Below are positions 1-17,339 of a DNA stretch of 64,000 bases, in pieces. The DNA comes from the human T2T-CHM13v2.0 reference genome, Homo sapiens. Position numbers and translations under genes: made by a program. The first letter of the stretch is position 1; every line of letters starts with the position of its first letter. The notes under the pieces are model-generated. The model saw only the letters and a program-made list of their open reading frames with translations. It searched no databases and was not told the DNA's origin. The stretch is taken from the NCBI RefSeq assembly GCF_009914755.1, contig NC_060941.1; one strand, given 5' to 3'.

Positions 1-45
1 ATATGTCCAGTTTTAGAATGAACACTGTTGTAAAAAGCCACTATA

Positions 46-180
46 TCATGTTTCTTAAAGGGAGGTCCATGGATTACCTACATCAGAATCTCCTAGACAC
101 CTGATAAAAGTAAAGATTCCTGGGTTCCACTCCAGTTCTCCTAAATGAGACTCTCAGGGTGAAGAAGTATCAGAAACTTG
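46..180. mobile_element. MER5A-like hAT fragment
   Basis: catcagaatctcct...aaagattcctgggttccactccag...gagactct. Confidence 0.5.
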
Positions 181-181
181 A

Positions 182-507
<326 letters not shown>

Positions 508-1273
508 TAATTGCATTGTTACAAAGAAGTGATTTGCTAAATGTAAGCAGTCCCCCTGAAGTGGAGAAGAGTTAAGGCAGCTGTGGCAATATTTCAGAAC
601 CAATGAACCAAAGCTAAAACTAGTCACCTTCCCATGAGGGTCAGCCTTCAGTTGGTTCCCTGAATCAGCCAGTGTCCTGGCTCTCTGTGTGTAGGGTTTT
701 CATCCAATTATGCTTATTCCTGCCATCTGAAGCAACACTCCATTTATTATGATCAAGAGACTCTAGCTCTCCACTTAAGCGCCTGTTAATTAAAAGAAAT
801 GCCTGTGGCCAGAATGCAGCAAAAATTCTAGAAGCAGGTATCAGTCAACTTCTGCAAGGAGAGGTATAGAAACTTTTGCCAGAAACACACATAGCTTCTT
901 CTTAAAATGACCTTACAAGTTAAATCACCTTCATTTAGAAGGCAAAGTGGATTGGAGGGCAGAGAGAAATGAGGGGGAAAAATGAGGCCAAAAACACCTG
1001 CAAAGAATCTGGAGCAAATGTTTCCAATTAATTCCACTGTGACTTCCTATTTTAGAATAAGTAAAATACTATGAAGTTAAGTAAAATATATAAAGCAACT
1101 ATTTTCAGGGACTAGACAATAATAGACTATGCAGGGCTGTGATCCTAGCCAGACGGAAAACATGCAAAGGGTGCACCACGTTCACCTGAACACTGGGGGC
1201 AGGTAGGGACTTTCCAAACTGCAGCATAAAGAAATGCAGCAGTATACAGAAAAAGATTGAAATTCAGGATGCT

Positions 1274-1737
<464 letters not shown>

Positions 1738-2109
1738 CTATGAGGCCTGGAAAAGAGAATTCTTTCTAAGGGACTGTGAGATGAACGGAGATTCCAGAGG
1801 TCATATGGTACTAGAAGATAAAATTCCAACTAGTCTTAGCAAGGAAATCTCACTGTACACCCCAGTCATTCAGTTGAGACCCTAAAGATCCTCTTTAAGG
1901 GCAGAGCTATTCTAGGCCTCGAGTAAAAGCTACTCTATACCCATCCTAGCAAAGCTGAAAACCAAGACTTTACAGGATCAAGTTGAACCACCAGTAAATT
2001 ATCTGCCTGTCAGAATAAAATCCATCACTCTTTAAGATGACTAAATCTAGTCTCTTAACAATAGACCACTGACAATGTCCAATATACAATAAAAAATTAC
2101 TAGACATTC

Positions 2110-2425
2110 AGCCAGGTGCAGTGGCTCATGGTTGTAATCCAGGCACTTTGCGAGGCCAAGGTGGGAAGATTACCTGAGGTCAGGAGTTCAAGACCAGCCT
2201 GGCCAACATGGAAAAACCCTATCTCTACTAAACTACAAAAATTATCCACGCGTGATGGCAGGCTCCTGTAATCTCAGCTACTCAGAAAGCTGAGGCAGGA
2301 GAATCACTTGAACCTAGGCAGCAGAGGTTGAAGTGAGCCAAGATCACACCATTGCACTCCAGCCTGGGCAACACGGCAAGACTCCATAACAAAAAAAAAC
2401 AATAAAGTAAAAATAAAATAAATCA
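2110..2425 (+). mobile_element. AluS
   Basis: Dimeric Alu. Confidence 0.9.
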
Positions 2426-4011
2426 ATCTATAGACCCAAGAAGCACAATTAACCACAAAAATAGGGCTATTGCAGTCCTCAGATAAAGGGTATCCATCCC
2501 AACAAAGCCTAAAACCAAGACTTGGGAGTATCAAGCATATTAACTGCCTGCCATGACAACACTCAAACTTCTTTAAGAAAAGACAACAAAATAGAGATCC
2601 TCAACAACACAGGAATTACCCTGTCCAGCATACAATAAAAAATTACTAGACATGAGAAGAAACAAGAAAATGTTACTAATCACTGGGAGAAAAAAAAAAA
2701 TCAAGAAAGATAAACATAAAGAAAACCACACAAAGGCATAACAGAGTCAAAATGCTAAAAACTAATGATAAAGTCTTAGGAGCAGCCATAGAAAAAGTCA
2801 CATTACATATAGGAGAACAATGCTGACTTCTCATCAGAAACAACATAAGCCAGAGGACCTTAGAATCTCATCTTCAACGTCCTAAAAGCAAAAAAACTGT
2901 TAACCTAGAATTCTATATCCAGTGAAAACATTCTTCAAATAATGAAGGCAAAATAAAAATGTATTCAGATAAATAAAAGCTAAGAGAATTTGTCACTAGC
3001 AGGCCTAAGCTATAATGAATATTAAAAGTAGTTCTCCAGATGGAAGAAAAATAATATTAGATAAAAATATGGGTCTACTGAGGACTGTCACTGAAAAGCA
3101 GTGAAAATGAAAGTACATGGAAAAGTCAAGGCTGAGAAAATATGAAGACTTTTTCTCACTTTAAAGTTTCTTTTAAAGACAACCGATTGTTAAAGCAAAT
3201 ATAGCAATGTACTAAAGATTTATGACATGTGAAGAAATAAAATGTATGACAAAAATAGTATGAACCAAAGAGGGATAAATAGATGTATAGTGCTATTAAG
3301 GCTCTTATATCATACATGAAGTGTTAATTCGAGGTAGACTATGATAAGACAATTACAAGGTAGACTATGATGGACCATTACAATGTTAATTCAAGGTAGA
3401 CCATGATAAGTTAAGGAAACTGTAATCCCTACAGCAACCTGCAAACATAACACAAAGAGATACATTTTTAAATCCAGTAAAGAAACTAAAATGGAATACT
3501 AAAAACTATTTTATTAACCCAAAAGAAGGCAGGAAAGCAGGTACCAAAGAGCAAAATAAAATAGATGGGATAAATAGAAAATAAATAGTAAGATGGTAGT
3601 CACGGACCCAATCACATCAGTAATTATATTAAATATAAATTGACTGAACATTCCAATTAAGAGACGGAGATCCTTGGACTAGATGAAAAAGTAAAACACA
3701 ATGTTATGTTGTTTATTAAATATAAAGACTCAGGTAAAGGTACAGAAATGGAAGAAGATATACCAAGGAAACACTAACAAAATGAAACTGGGGTAGAAGT
3801 AACTATATTAATATCAGGACAAAGTAGACTTCAGGACAAAAAGTATTATAACTTAATTTCATTGAGAATAAAACTGAAGAATCACACTCCTTCTCCTTCT
3901 ATCTAGAAAAGTGTCCATTTCGAGTTATGTTTGGAAAATTTTCACCATATTCAGAGCCCTTTATGTACTGAAGATGACGGGACAGAATGTCCTCGCATTC
4001 TTTATATCAGG

Positions 4012-4343
4012 TGTTACAAACAGAATATTTGTGTCCCCTCGAAAAAAATTCATTTGTTGGAGCACTAGCCCCAGTGGGATGGGAAGCTTTTGGAGGTAAT
4101 TAGGGTTACATGAAGTCATGAGGATGGGACCCTCATAATAGGATTAGTGTCCTTGTAAGAAGAGACATCAGAGAGCTCGCCCTCTCTCATTCTCTCTACC
4201 ATGTGAGAACACAAGAAGGTGGCCATCTGCAAGACAGAAAGAGAGCCCTCACCAGGAACTGAATCTGCCAGCACCTTGATATTTTTCTGTTCTTTAAGCC
4301 AGACTTCAGTATTTTTTTATGGCAGCCCAAGCCAATTTAGATA
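4012..4343 (+). mobile_element. MLT1A/MST-type MaLR LTR
   Basis: tttggaggtaattaggg...ggattagtgtccttgtaagaagagac...gccagcaccttgat. Confidence 0.75.
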
Positions 4344-4510
4344 GCAGGAACCCACTTAGCTGATGTCTGCCTTGACTTTTACATGGAGCAGTATTTCTAA
4401 AGGAAACCAAGTGAAATCTGAAAAGAACTTCTGCTTCAGCTTATACTGTTCATGACCTCCCCAGGGGACCATGTGAGAGAGAACAATGCTTTTGGGTTTT
4501 TGGGGGGTCT

Positions 4511-4828
4511 TTTTGTTTCTTTCTTTTTTTTTTTTTTTTTTTTTTTTGAGACGGAGTCTCACTCTATCACCCAGGCTGGAGTCAGTGGTGCAATCTTGGC
4601 TTACTGCAACCTCCGCCTCCTGGGTTCAAGCAATTCTCCTGCCCCAGCCTCCCGAGTAGCTGGGGCTACAGGCGCGTGCCACCACACCCGGCTAATTTTT
4701 GTACTTTTAGTAGAGACAGGGTTTTACCATATTGGCCAGTCTGGTCTCGAACTCCTGACCTTGTGATCTACCTGCCTTGGCTTCCCAAAGTGCTGAGATT
4801 ACAGGCATGAGCCACCACGCCCAGCCCG
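4511..4828 (-). mobile_element. AluS
   Basis: Dimeric Alu, TSD gagagaacaatgcttt. Confidence 0.9.
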
Positions 4829-5179
4829 GAGAGAACAATGCTTTGGCTTTCCAGTGCTTTTCACAGAACTCCCTCCCTCCCATGAATTGGCCAAACTACA
4901 TCTCTACCCCCAAACTTCACTTCTCATTTCTTCCCTGACACCAGCCAGAACTGTTTATCTAACTCTCCAACTTTGGTTCCTGAGCCTGGGGACCTGCATC
5001 AACACTACCAGCACCACGATCAATCCCAGAGGAGATGGACCACGCAGGCATGACCAGGACCTGCTCTATGGAGCACCCAGCTAGGGGTACGGTTATAAGC
5101 AAGACAGACACGGTCCCAGTCACCTTTGCCAAGAAGAAGGGATCCAGTGAAGATTAGATGCATACTCAGTTCCCTTACT

Positions 5180-5472
5180 CTTTCTTTCTTTCCTTTTTTT
5201 TTTAAGACATAGTCTTGCTCTGTCACCCAGGCTGGAGTGTAGTGGTGCAATCTCGGCTCACTACAACCTCTGCCTCCTGGGTTCAAGCAATTCTTGTGCC
5301 TCAGCCCTACTCAAGTAGCTGGGATTACAAGCAGGCACCACCATGCCCGGCTAACTTTTGTATTTTTAGTACAGACGGGGTTTCACCATGTTGGCCAGGC
5401 TGGTCATGAATTCCTGCCCAGCTCTGCCTCCCAAAGTGCTGGGATTACCAACGTGAGCCACCGCTCCCAGCC
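5180..5472 (-). mobile_element. AluS
   Basis: Dimeric Alu. Confidence 0.9.
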
Positions 5473-6151
5473 TCTTTCCCCTTCCATACTCATAATCATC
5501 TTTGCCACCCTCGGCTATCGACTGGTTCAATATGCTTCCACGGTGGCTTCTGGGCATTTTTCATAAACATGTGGCTGAGCTCAAGAGACAGCAAGAGAGG
5601 ACAGGTATCCAGTTACAACTTTATGGCCTAACAAATGAAAAGGTGTTCTACCCACGGAGAAGGAAATCTAAGTCCTAGAAGGTTCCAACCAAGCCTATCT
5701 GCACTCAAGACTCCCCACCACTCTTAGACCAAGAACAAGAACCATTCCGTGCTTAAGGAGTTCCCCTCAGCAAGCCAGCCCACGCAGTGCGTGTGTGTGT
5801 GCGCGCGTGTTCGTGCCAGACCCACGGGGTCCTCCGGGAATATATATCGACAACAGAGGTGGGTTTCTGAACCCTGGTCAAAAGCCAGAGAGCAGACACG
5901 CTTGAAATGCTCTGTGCCACTGACTGCAAAGCCACAGATATTTTTCCTGCAGCCTCAATGAGCAAGGACTGTGTACACAGCTAACACACATGGGCATACA
6001 AATGCATAGAACAGTATTCACCAGCTGCCCTAGAAAACCAAGAGAGCATATGGCAAGAAAGAGAGAGTTCATGGCATGCATTCCCATCACCTAAATGCGC
6101 ACTTGCAGGCATCCACAGAATGGTCAAAACTGCTGTCTTCTCTAAGAATCA

Positions 6152-6471
<320 letters not shown>

Positions 6472-7088
6472 TCGGCCAGCCCACCATACTAGGAAATTGC
6501 CTTCATCCCTTTTTCAGCCTGTCTGCATGCCAGCAGGACCCAAAACAACATCTGAACATCTTCCTAAAAGTCACGGGAGGCTGTGGAATGCCTCCAAAGG
6601 TGGAAGAAACAATGCTAACCATGGCTTCCAGTTGCCCCTGGGAATACATTTGGTACCCAGGACAGCCTGAATGCCAGCTCTCTCCAAACTTCACACTATG
6701 AAGGGCCTGTGGCTTCAGTGTGTCAAGAGCAACCCCACCCTGTGAATTAAAATATCCTGTTTCACAAAGAAAAAAAAAAACTCAGTTTTCCTTTGCCAGT
6801 GAACCCTTCTGAACAATAAGCTTTCTCAACCCTCCCCAAGCCCAGAATTATCAGGCACCGCTTCCATTACTGCAAGCTCACAGGTTTCCTCCCTTAGAAA
6901 CTGAAGTATTAATTAGTACTGTGTATTTGTATTCCTTAGCCTGCCATGCCCCTCAGGGCATAGCCAGCCAGCCCACTGTTCCAGTGTCAGGGAAGCGACC
7001 ACTGGTTCAGAACACCCAGTGCCCAACTAACAGCTGAGCTCCTGCCACTCTACCATCTTTCAATCACAGTGCCTAAAAAAAAAAAAAG

Positions 7089-7933
<845 letters not shown>

Positions 7934-8553
7934 AGATGTGTAGACAGTGAAGTAAAAGGTCCGACTGCAGAACTGCCACCTTCTTTGGCCTGGGGCTGCC
8001 CAATCCACCCAACATGCCACCCTCTTCAGATGGCACAACTGTGTCCCCACACTGGAAGGATCTGCTATTGCCCCAGAGGCTTTCTACAGCCAGGCAGAAA
8101 TTTCAACAATAGCTCAACCCCAGGATGCAGCATATAGCTTGAAGTAGAATTGCCCATCTGGAGCCTCAACAGAGTATAAGAAAGCACAATCCTAAAAATG
8201 GGGCAAAGGGCTACTGTTCAATGTCCCCACGAAACGAGTCGGGCTTACTTGACGATATCAGGCTTATTGTAGAGACTCTCAGGTGGCTGCTGCTGAAGTT
8301 TGTCCTTTTTGTTTTCTGTGAGATACTCTTTTCATTTCTCCTTTTTAATTCCCTAAGATATTCTTTCGTGAACTAGAATCAGAATGCTAAAGATGAAGGA
8401 AATCTACGAAGGAGAAATAAATACATGCAAACACACCTCTGGGAGGAAAACTGCCTCTTGGAACATCTGTCACTTCTAAGACAGTTGTCATATTTGTTCT
8501 CTCAATAGCAGCTCCAGCCAGCCAAATATTGATACCAGTAAAAGTTGTGTACA

Positions 8554-8909
<356 letters not shown>

Positions 8910-9670
8910 TAAGCTTCACTAGAGGCATCTTCTTTGCCATCACAATGAGAACTAAAATAAACTGAACATGGTTGAGGACTCAGATAAATTAAGGCAGGAG
9001 CTGAGAAGAGGGTGATCCCTGCTTGCCAGCCTCCCCCACCCTCCTGGAGCCCGTCTGGGCAGGACTGTTGGCCAAGTCCACGTGGAGGAGACAGCCTCAG
9101 GGTCACAGGCACCTGTTACCTACTTGGGCAGCCTCCTCAAGATACTGAATACCAAGAGAGGGAGAGGAGGGGGAGGGGAGCACACATCTCCCAGGAAAAA
9201 GTCTGCCAAGATGCAAACCAAGCTGCGAAAAGCAAGCAGCAACAACACAGACAGTATGTTGCCATTTGTTTTTCAGAAAACATGAAACAAAATTCCATCT
9301 CCAGATGTACATGCAAACATATGTAAAAGCACAGAGCAGTCTAACTACTCAACCACGGAGAGATGGCTGAGCAAATGAACTGGATGACAGAATGTTACGT
9401 AGGTATTAAAATATCATCAATAAAAATCATTTCAAATTTAAAAATAACACAAAGAGAATGCACAGACTGATTCCAACTGTGTAAAAATGTATGCTTGCAC
9501 ATATGCAAGAAAAGAAGATCGAAATAGAGTCAGAAGAAAAGAAGATCGAAATGGAGTCAGGGTTCCTACTGCTATAAAGTCGATTTAAAGTATACTCAAA
9601 CAATACAAGCAAATTGGAAAAGTGTTTATATTTCAATAATTAAAAAACACAGTATCATTGGTTTTCTTTA

Positions 9671-9968
<298 letters not shown>

Positions 9969-9970
<2 letters not shown>

Positions 9971-10135
9971 AGAGAGAGAAGAGAAGAGAAGAGAAAAGAG
10001 AGAGCAGAGGAGAGAAGAGAGGAGAGGAGAAAGAGAAGAGAGAAGAGAAGAGAAGAGAAGAGAAGAGAAGAGAAGAGAAGAGAAGAGAAGAGAAGAGAAG
10101 AGAAGAGAAGAGAAGAGAAGAGAAGAGAAGAGAAA
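9969..10135. repeat. (AGAAG)n pentanucleotide microsatellite
   Basis: 18 perfect units at 10041-10130 plus a degenerate purine-rich lead-in. Confidence 0.95.
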
Positions 10136-10143
10136 AGGGAAAA

Positions 10144-10480
10144 GCCGGCTGTGGTGGCTCACACTTGTAACAACAGCACTGTGGGAAGCTGAGGTGAGTA
10201 GATTACCTGAGGTCAGGAGTTCGAGACCAGCCATGGTGAAACCCCATCTCTACTAAAAGTACAAAATTAGCCAGGCATGGTGGCGCATGCCTGTAATCCC
10301 AGATAGTTGGGAGACTGAGGCAGGAGAATCGCCTGAACCCGGGAGGGAGGCAGAGGTTGCAGTGAGCCAGGATCGCACCATTGTACTCCAGCCTGGGCAA
10401 CAAGAGCGAAACTACATCAAAAAAAAAAAAAAAAAGAAAGAAAGAAAGAAAAGAGAAGACAAAAGAAAAGAAGAGAAACA
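10144..10480 (+). mobile_element. AluS
   Basis: Dimeric Alu. Confidence 0.9.
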
Positions 10481-10731
10481 CTAGAATGATACCCGCTAAA
10501 CTGGTAACAATGTTTGACTGGTTGGTCTGGGGGAAAAGATAAAAGTAGGAGAAGGGTTTTCACATAAAATTTTTATAAACTGTTTTATAACGAGATTTTT
10601 GTACTGTATTGATGCGACGCTAACATGACTAAAAATAAAGAATTGACCTTGGGGACACACACACACTACCCTCCTCCCCACCCTACCCATCAACCCACCA
10701 GGAGAAAAATCACTGTTTTAAACTGAAGGCG

Positions 10732-11040
10732 GGCCAGGTGTGGTAGCTCACACCTATAATCCCAACACTGAAGAGGGGGAGGCCAAAGTAGGAGGATTGC
10801 TTGAGCTCAGGAGTTCAAGACTAGCCCGGGCAACATAGGGAGACTCCTGTCTCTACCAAAAAAAAATTAAAAATTAGCCGGGCATGGTAGCACACGCCTG
10901 TGGTTCCAGCTATTCAGGAGGCTGAGGTGGGAGGATCACTTGATCCCAGGAGGTCAAGGCTACAGTAAGCCGCGATCATGCCACTGCACTCCAGCCTGGG
11001 CAACAGAGCAAGACCCTGTCTCAAATAATAACAATAATAA
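10732..11040 (+). mobile_element. AluJ
   Basis: J-type ggaggattgcttgagc; TSD taaactgaag. Confidence 0.9.
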
Positions 11041-12686
11041 ACTGAAGATGACAGTTTCCCACATACTGCTATACCTTAACTTCACATAGAAGCACAACTG
11101 CAAAATCAGAAACATGTCAATGTCTCCAAACAGCTGTTCAGTGTCCTGTCTGTTTCTGCCTAGAACCATCCTAAGGGGAGCATGGGCTCCAGCTGGCCTC
11201 GAAAGCATTTCCCATCATCCGACCCCTCACCAGCCTCCTCCCAGGCCCAGTAGGCTGCACCTTCCTTGTCCACCCCCTTTTTTTCTCCCCTTTCATTAAG
11301 ACGCCATTTGGCAAAGTCTCTGCAAATCCCTGTCAGTTCACTTCCCATTAACAGTTACCGCAGAGCTTCTCTACTTTATTCCCAGATAAATAATTGAAAA
11401 CAAACACCCAGTTTGGAGAGGAACTTGAGGCATCTGAAGTTAACAAAGCCACAACGGCTTCATCCTGACAGGCTCTTCTGAGTAATGCCCTTTCCATGAG
11501 CAATATTTTGCTTTGCCTCCAACAGAGGGACAGATAAATCTGAAAGGCTGAAGGAACAGAAATGGAGTTAAAGAACACAGTCATGTGTTAACCATTCTCT
11601 TCCCACCAACCCAAGAGTGTGATGCCCTTCACGTCCCGAACACATATAACCAGGGTGGGTGGCTCTGACGCTCCCAGGCATTGGGGCCTGTGCCTGAATG
11701 GTCACGGGCAAGGGTCAAATCAGGGCACTGCTGCAGAATCCTTCAAGCCATATCGCTGCCTTTTCCAGACTTCCGCATCTCCTTATTTCTCCAGGTGAAA
11801 TAACACAGACACTGACCCACTTCCTTTCACCCCAACAAACTCCAAGCAGACGTGTCCCCAGGGGATAGAAAGGAGACCCTGAGGTTTTCTGCAGACAGGC
11901 CCCCTACATCCTGGGGCCCGTCCCAAAGGGTGAGAGCCCCTTGGTCGGAACCGCAGCCAAAGGCTTTTCCTCTGCCTTCATTCTGCTCCTGGGGCCATCC
12001 GCTGAATTGTGGGACTCCATCATCAGGGGAATGAATCAGGAACTGAAATGATCTGGGGCTGAATTTACCCACAAAACTTCCCACAGCCTCAAAAGCCACT
12101 GGTTCATAGATCCCAAGAAGGGCAAACATCCTGAACACAAATTCTAGCCCCGCTCCTCCCCTGTTAGACTATAAACGCGTGGGTGCTCAGTCGATGTTGG
12201 CCAACCGCAACGACTCAAGATCAAAACCCATTAACTCCGACCCCACAGAGCATCTTCGATAGATCCAAGCTGCTGCCCTTTTCAGGTCTGGTGAGCAAAT
12301 TAATAGTGAAACCAAAGGAAACCTTTGGCCAGCCTCAGAGTGAAGGTCAACAGACTGTTTCCAAGCACAACTCTTTCAACAACATTTGTATTCACTGACT
12401 GTAGCAATCATAAGTAATTCTCATCCATGTATGAGACCTTCTAAGACAAATTCCCCCTCTCACGTCGACAGCAAGAATTCATTTCTTTTTAAATCTCCTA
12501 GAACAGATGTTTACTGTCAGGCTGACCTTTCTGCCAAGTAGTGAGGTTCTGGGCATTTGTGGTGATGATGTCTGTTTCTGAGCTGCTGCAATCCCTCCCC
12601 AGACATTCACCAGCTGCTCCCAAACCATTACTGATTCTATCCAGGGCTTCCCTCTGGGATCTCCTCCATATTCAAAGCATATATTA

Positions 12687-13033
<347 letters not shown>

Positions 13034-13400
13034 TTACTGCTGCATAGTGCAAATTAGCCAATGACTGTTTACACCGCCCAGAGAAAATCCCTACATTCAG
13101 ACAGCTGACCAAATACATCTGATACCGCCCCACCACCCCTACTCCCCAGTAACATAGTAAGACCCACAAGGATTGCAGAGTCCTTTCCAAGAGACTATCT
13201 TGGAAGCCCAGTTGGGTGCAGGAGAGAAGAGTAGAATGGGATCCAGCAGGAGCCATGCAGAGCCACTGAGCCAGATCTCTGCCTGCTGCTCAGGGATTGA
13301 AGCCACTGGTCACCTGTCAGGGCAAGCAGAATACACTCCAACAACAAGTTCACACAAAACCAGGGTGGCCTTGAGATCAGAATATGGCAGCCTGCATTGA

Positions 13401-13780
<380 letters not shown>

Positions 13781-13828
13781 ATGTCACTCAATCTTTTAAC
13801 AACAAAAAATGACACATGGTCTTTAAGA

Positions 13829-14175
13829 CAGTGGTCCCCAACCTTTTTGGCACCAAGGACTGGTTTTGTGGAAGACAGTTTTTCCATGGACAGGGGCCGG
13901 GGTAGGGGGTTGGGGATGAAACTGTTCCACCTCAGATCATCAGGCATTAGTTAGATTCTCTTAAGGAGCACGCAGCCTGGATCCCTCACATGCGCAGCTC
14001 GCAGCAGGGTTTGTGCTCCATTGAGAATCTAATGCCACGGCTGATCTGACAGGAGGCGGAGCTCAGAAGATAAAGCTCACTTGGCAGCTGGCTGCCCACC
14101 TCCTGCTATGTGGCCCAGCTCCTAACAAGCCATTGACCAGTAGCGGTCCTTGGTCTGGGGGGTTGGGGACCTCTG
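13829..14175 (+). mobile_element. MER1B hAT-Charlie MITE
   Basis: Terminal inverted repeats cagtggtcccc / ggggacctctg; exact 8-bp TSD ctttaaga. Confidence 0.9.
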
Positions 14176-15454
14176 CTTTAAGACAGTATCACAGCCGTCC
14201 AACATCACATTCAGCTGTCTGATCCAAAGGACAGTTCTTCTGTAACACAAGGAATCTGTTTTACATTAGCCCAGGACCTAGAGGCATAGTTCCTGGGAAT
14301 CGTTATAGTTACAGAATCACCCATCATTCCTTCTCTTTCTCCACTTGGGAAGTTAAGGAAAAAAGAAAGCAGGAAGGCAGGGAAGAGAACTTCAACCTAC
14401 CTACCTCCCGGGGTACATGACCACTGACTCCAGTGAGTCTGACTTAATCCTGTCTCACCGTGATCCAGCAGGAGAAATGGACTTTGACCCATTTCTCTCC
14501 AGAGAGTTCTCCCTGCACCACTTCCCTTTCTAGGGGAGCAGGGAACTCTGGCACCAGTTCAGGGGTGCTTCTGCCATCTCTAGAACTTGTCGGGCCCAGT
14601 GTCTGGTAAGGCTGTCTCATGCTGTTATGATCTTGGACCCCTTTCCTCTACTGACAGTGGTGCATGCAGATGACAGGGCTTTAGCCAATGGCTTGCGGTT
14701 CCCATCGCATGACCTGGCCCCAGCTCTCTTGGCTCGGTGATCACAGCCACATGCCAGGCTGCGGTTTGCACGGTGCTTCCCTGTAAGCACATACATGCTC
14801 ATTCCCAAATCCAGCTCTCCTGCCATATGTCAGTAAAAAAGCCTGAAATCTCTGGCTTATCCCCAATTCCAGTGCATTTTTACATTTTTAAAATTTTACT
14901 GTACAGTCCTTCGGGGGAGTTATCCTCAAATTAAAGGATGGAAAACTAGAGCTCAGGGATATACAATCAGTAAATGGCAGGTGTGAGCTCCAGCCCAGAC
15001 CCCTGCTGCACAGAGCCCTGCCTCACCCTCCTGTCAGCCCTCATAATGTGATCCATGGTCAAAGGCCTAATGCTACAGATTGTGGGGGTGGGGCGGGAGT
15101 ATCATCTCCCTGATGATGTCATACTCTCAATAAAACCCAGCACCACAGTGATCGTTCTAGGTCCTCTCATATATATACAGTGCCACCCAGCACATCAGCT
15201 GTACTCTATATTTTTAATGAAATGTGACATTCAAAATCCGAACTTACTAAAATGTAAATAAGGGGGTAATTACCAAGACATTACTTTAAGAAAGAAATCA
15301 CCAATCAGTTCCTCTAATGCCTTGTTCTCTGTTTAAATACCACTGGCTACTTAACAGAGACATTAACAGGTATGTCAGGTTTGATCAGAAATAAATTCAT
15401 TGCACAGAGCTGGTTGTATCCCGATACGACAGCTAAAAGTAGAGTGGTACTCAC

Positions 15455-15613
15455 CAAGTGAGGCATCAGGAGGTCAGCCAAGTAGACAAAAGCCGCTCCA
15501 AGGGTGAAGCCAACAGCCACAGGGAAGAAGGCAAAGGCACCGAAGCCCCCAGAGGACGTGGCCATCTCAACTGCTGGGGCCAGAAGAGACCAATAGGAAG
15601 CTGCCAACATGAC
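15455..15613 (-). CDS. SLC39A11: Internal coding exon of zinc transporter ZIP11 (53 codons, phase 0/0)
   Basis: Translates VMLAASYWSLLAPAVEMATSSGGFGAFAFFPVAVGFTLGAAFVYLADLLMPHL, recognisable ZIP11 N-terminal transmembrane region. Acceptor ttttgtag|GTC at 15613, donor TTG|gtgagt at 15455, branch-point-like TTTAAC about 28 nt upstream. Confidence 0.96.
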
Positions 15614-15876
15614 CTACAAAAACCACAACGAGAGATAAACGTTAAAGCAACTGCAGAAGGCTTTCCAGGCAGGACCTCAGTTGCTCTCTGTGGCCCAGAT
15701 TGACCCCTACAATTTCACATGAGTTCAGTCTTTCGTCCCAGGTTGGGAGGTACTATCAGAAACCAAAAAGCCATCCCCAGAATTCCCGGAGCTTACTATT
15801 GCAAGAACTCAATTTTGGGTAGGATAGAGTTGACCTTGGGAGGATGCAGTCCAGTTCGCCATCATCTAGCCTATAA

Positions 15877-16425
<549 letters not shown>

Positions 16426-16689
16426 TAAATTCTTCCAAGACAAATTGCTCACTACTTCACGAGTTCCACTGTATTGTAACACAGGTCTAATTATTACAAA
16501 GTTCTTTCTTATGTTGAGCTGAAATCTGTCTCCTTTCCACTTTTACCTTTTAGCTGTGGTTTTGCTCCCTAGAACACCAAAAACTGTGTCCCTCCTGTGT
16601 GATATGTGACAGCCTCTGAAATATCTGAAGATAACCAGCAAGTCAACGTCATATTGGTCTCATCAATTATCTCTAAAAAGGACGAAGGG

Positions 16690-17235
16690 AACTAATATTT
16701 ATTGATCACTTGGTATTTCCAAGGGCCAAGATTTACATTTGATATCTTATCTTTTCATCACAACCACCCCAGAGGCAGATGATGTTTTCTATTGCGATTT
16801 GTAGATAAAGAAATTGGATCTTGAAATAATAAGGTAATTTGCTCATGGTCCTACAGGCCAGCGGTCCCCAATCCTTTGGGCACCAGGGGCCAGTTTCATG
16901 GAAGACCATCTTTCCACGGACCAGGCAGTGGTTTTGGGATGAAACAGTTCCACCTCAGATCATCGGGCATTAGAGTCTCATAAGGAGCTCACAACCTAGA
17001 TCCGTGGCATGTACAGTTCACAATAGGGTTCACGTTCCTATGAGAATCTAATGTCGCCACTGGTCTGACAGGAGGCGGAGCTCCCGCGGTAATCCTCACT
17101 CACTTGTCCGCTGCTCACCTGCTGTGCGGCCTGGTTCCTAACAGGCCATGGATCAGCACTGGTCCATGGCCCGGGGATTGGGGACCTCTGCCATAGGCAG
17201 TAAGTAGCAGATCCAGGGAAATGACCAAGCAGGAC
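16690..17235 (-). mobile_element. MIR split by MER1B
   Basis: ttttgtagataaagaaattg...aggtaatttgctcatggtcctacag | agtaagtagcagatccagg. Confidence 0.6.
16859..17190 (+). mobile_element. MER1B hAT-Charlie MITE
   Basis: Terminal inverted repeats cagcggtcccc / ggggacctctg; degenerate TSD ctacaggc / ccataggc. Confidence 0.88.
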
Positions 17236-17339
17236 CATAACCAACTCAATGACGGTAGAAACATGAAGGAGAAGAAAAAAAATTAGGCTAGTCTCAAATC
17301 TCAGCAAAGTCAATTCAATAAAAGGTTCTCCAGCAGATG

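Noticed and set aside
15347-15454. ORF-track extension of the ZIP11 exon (VSTTLLLAVV...VSVK)
   Set aside because: Read-through past a strong GTGAGT donor into the intron; no direct evidence for a truncated isoform.
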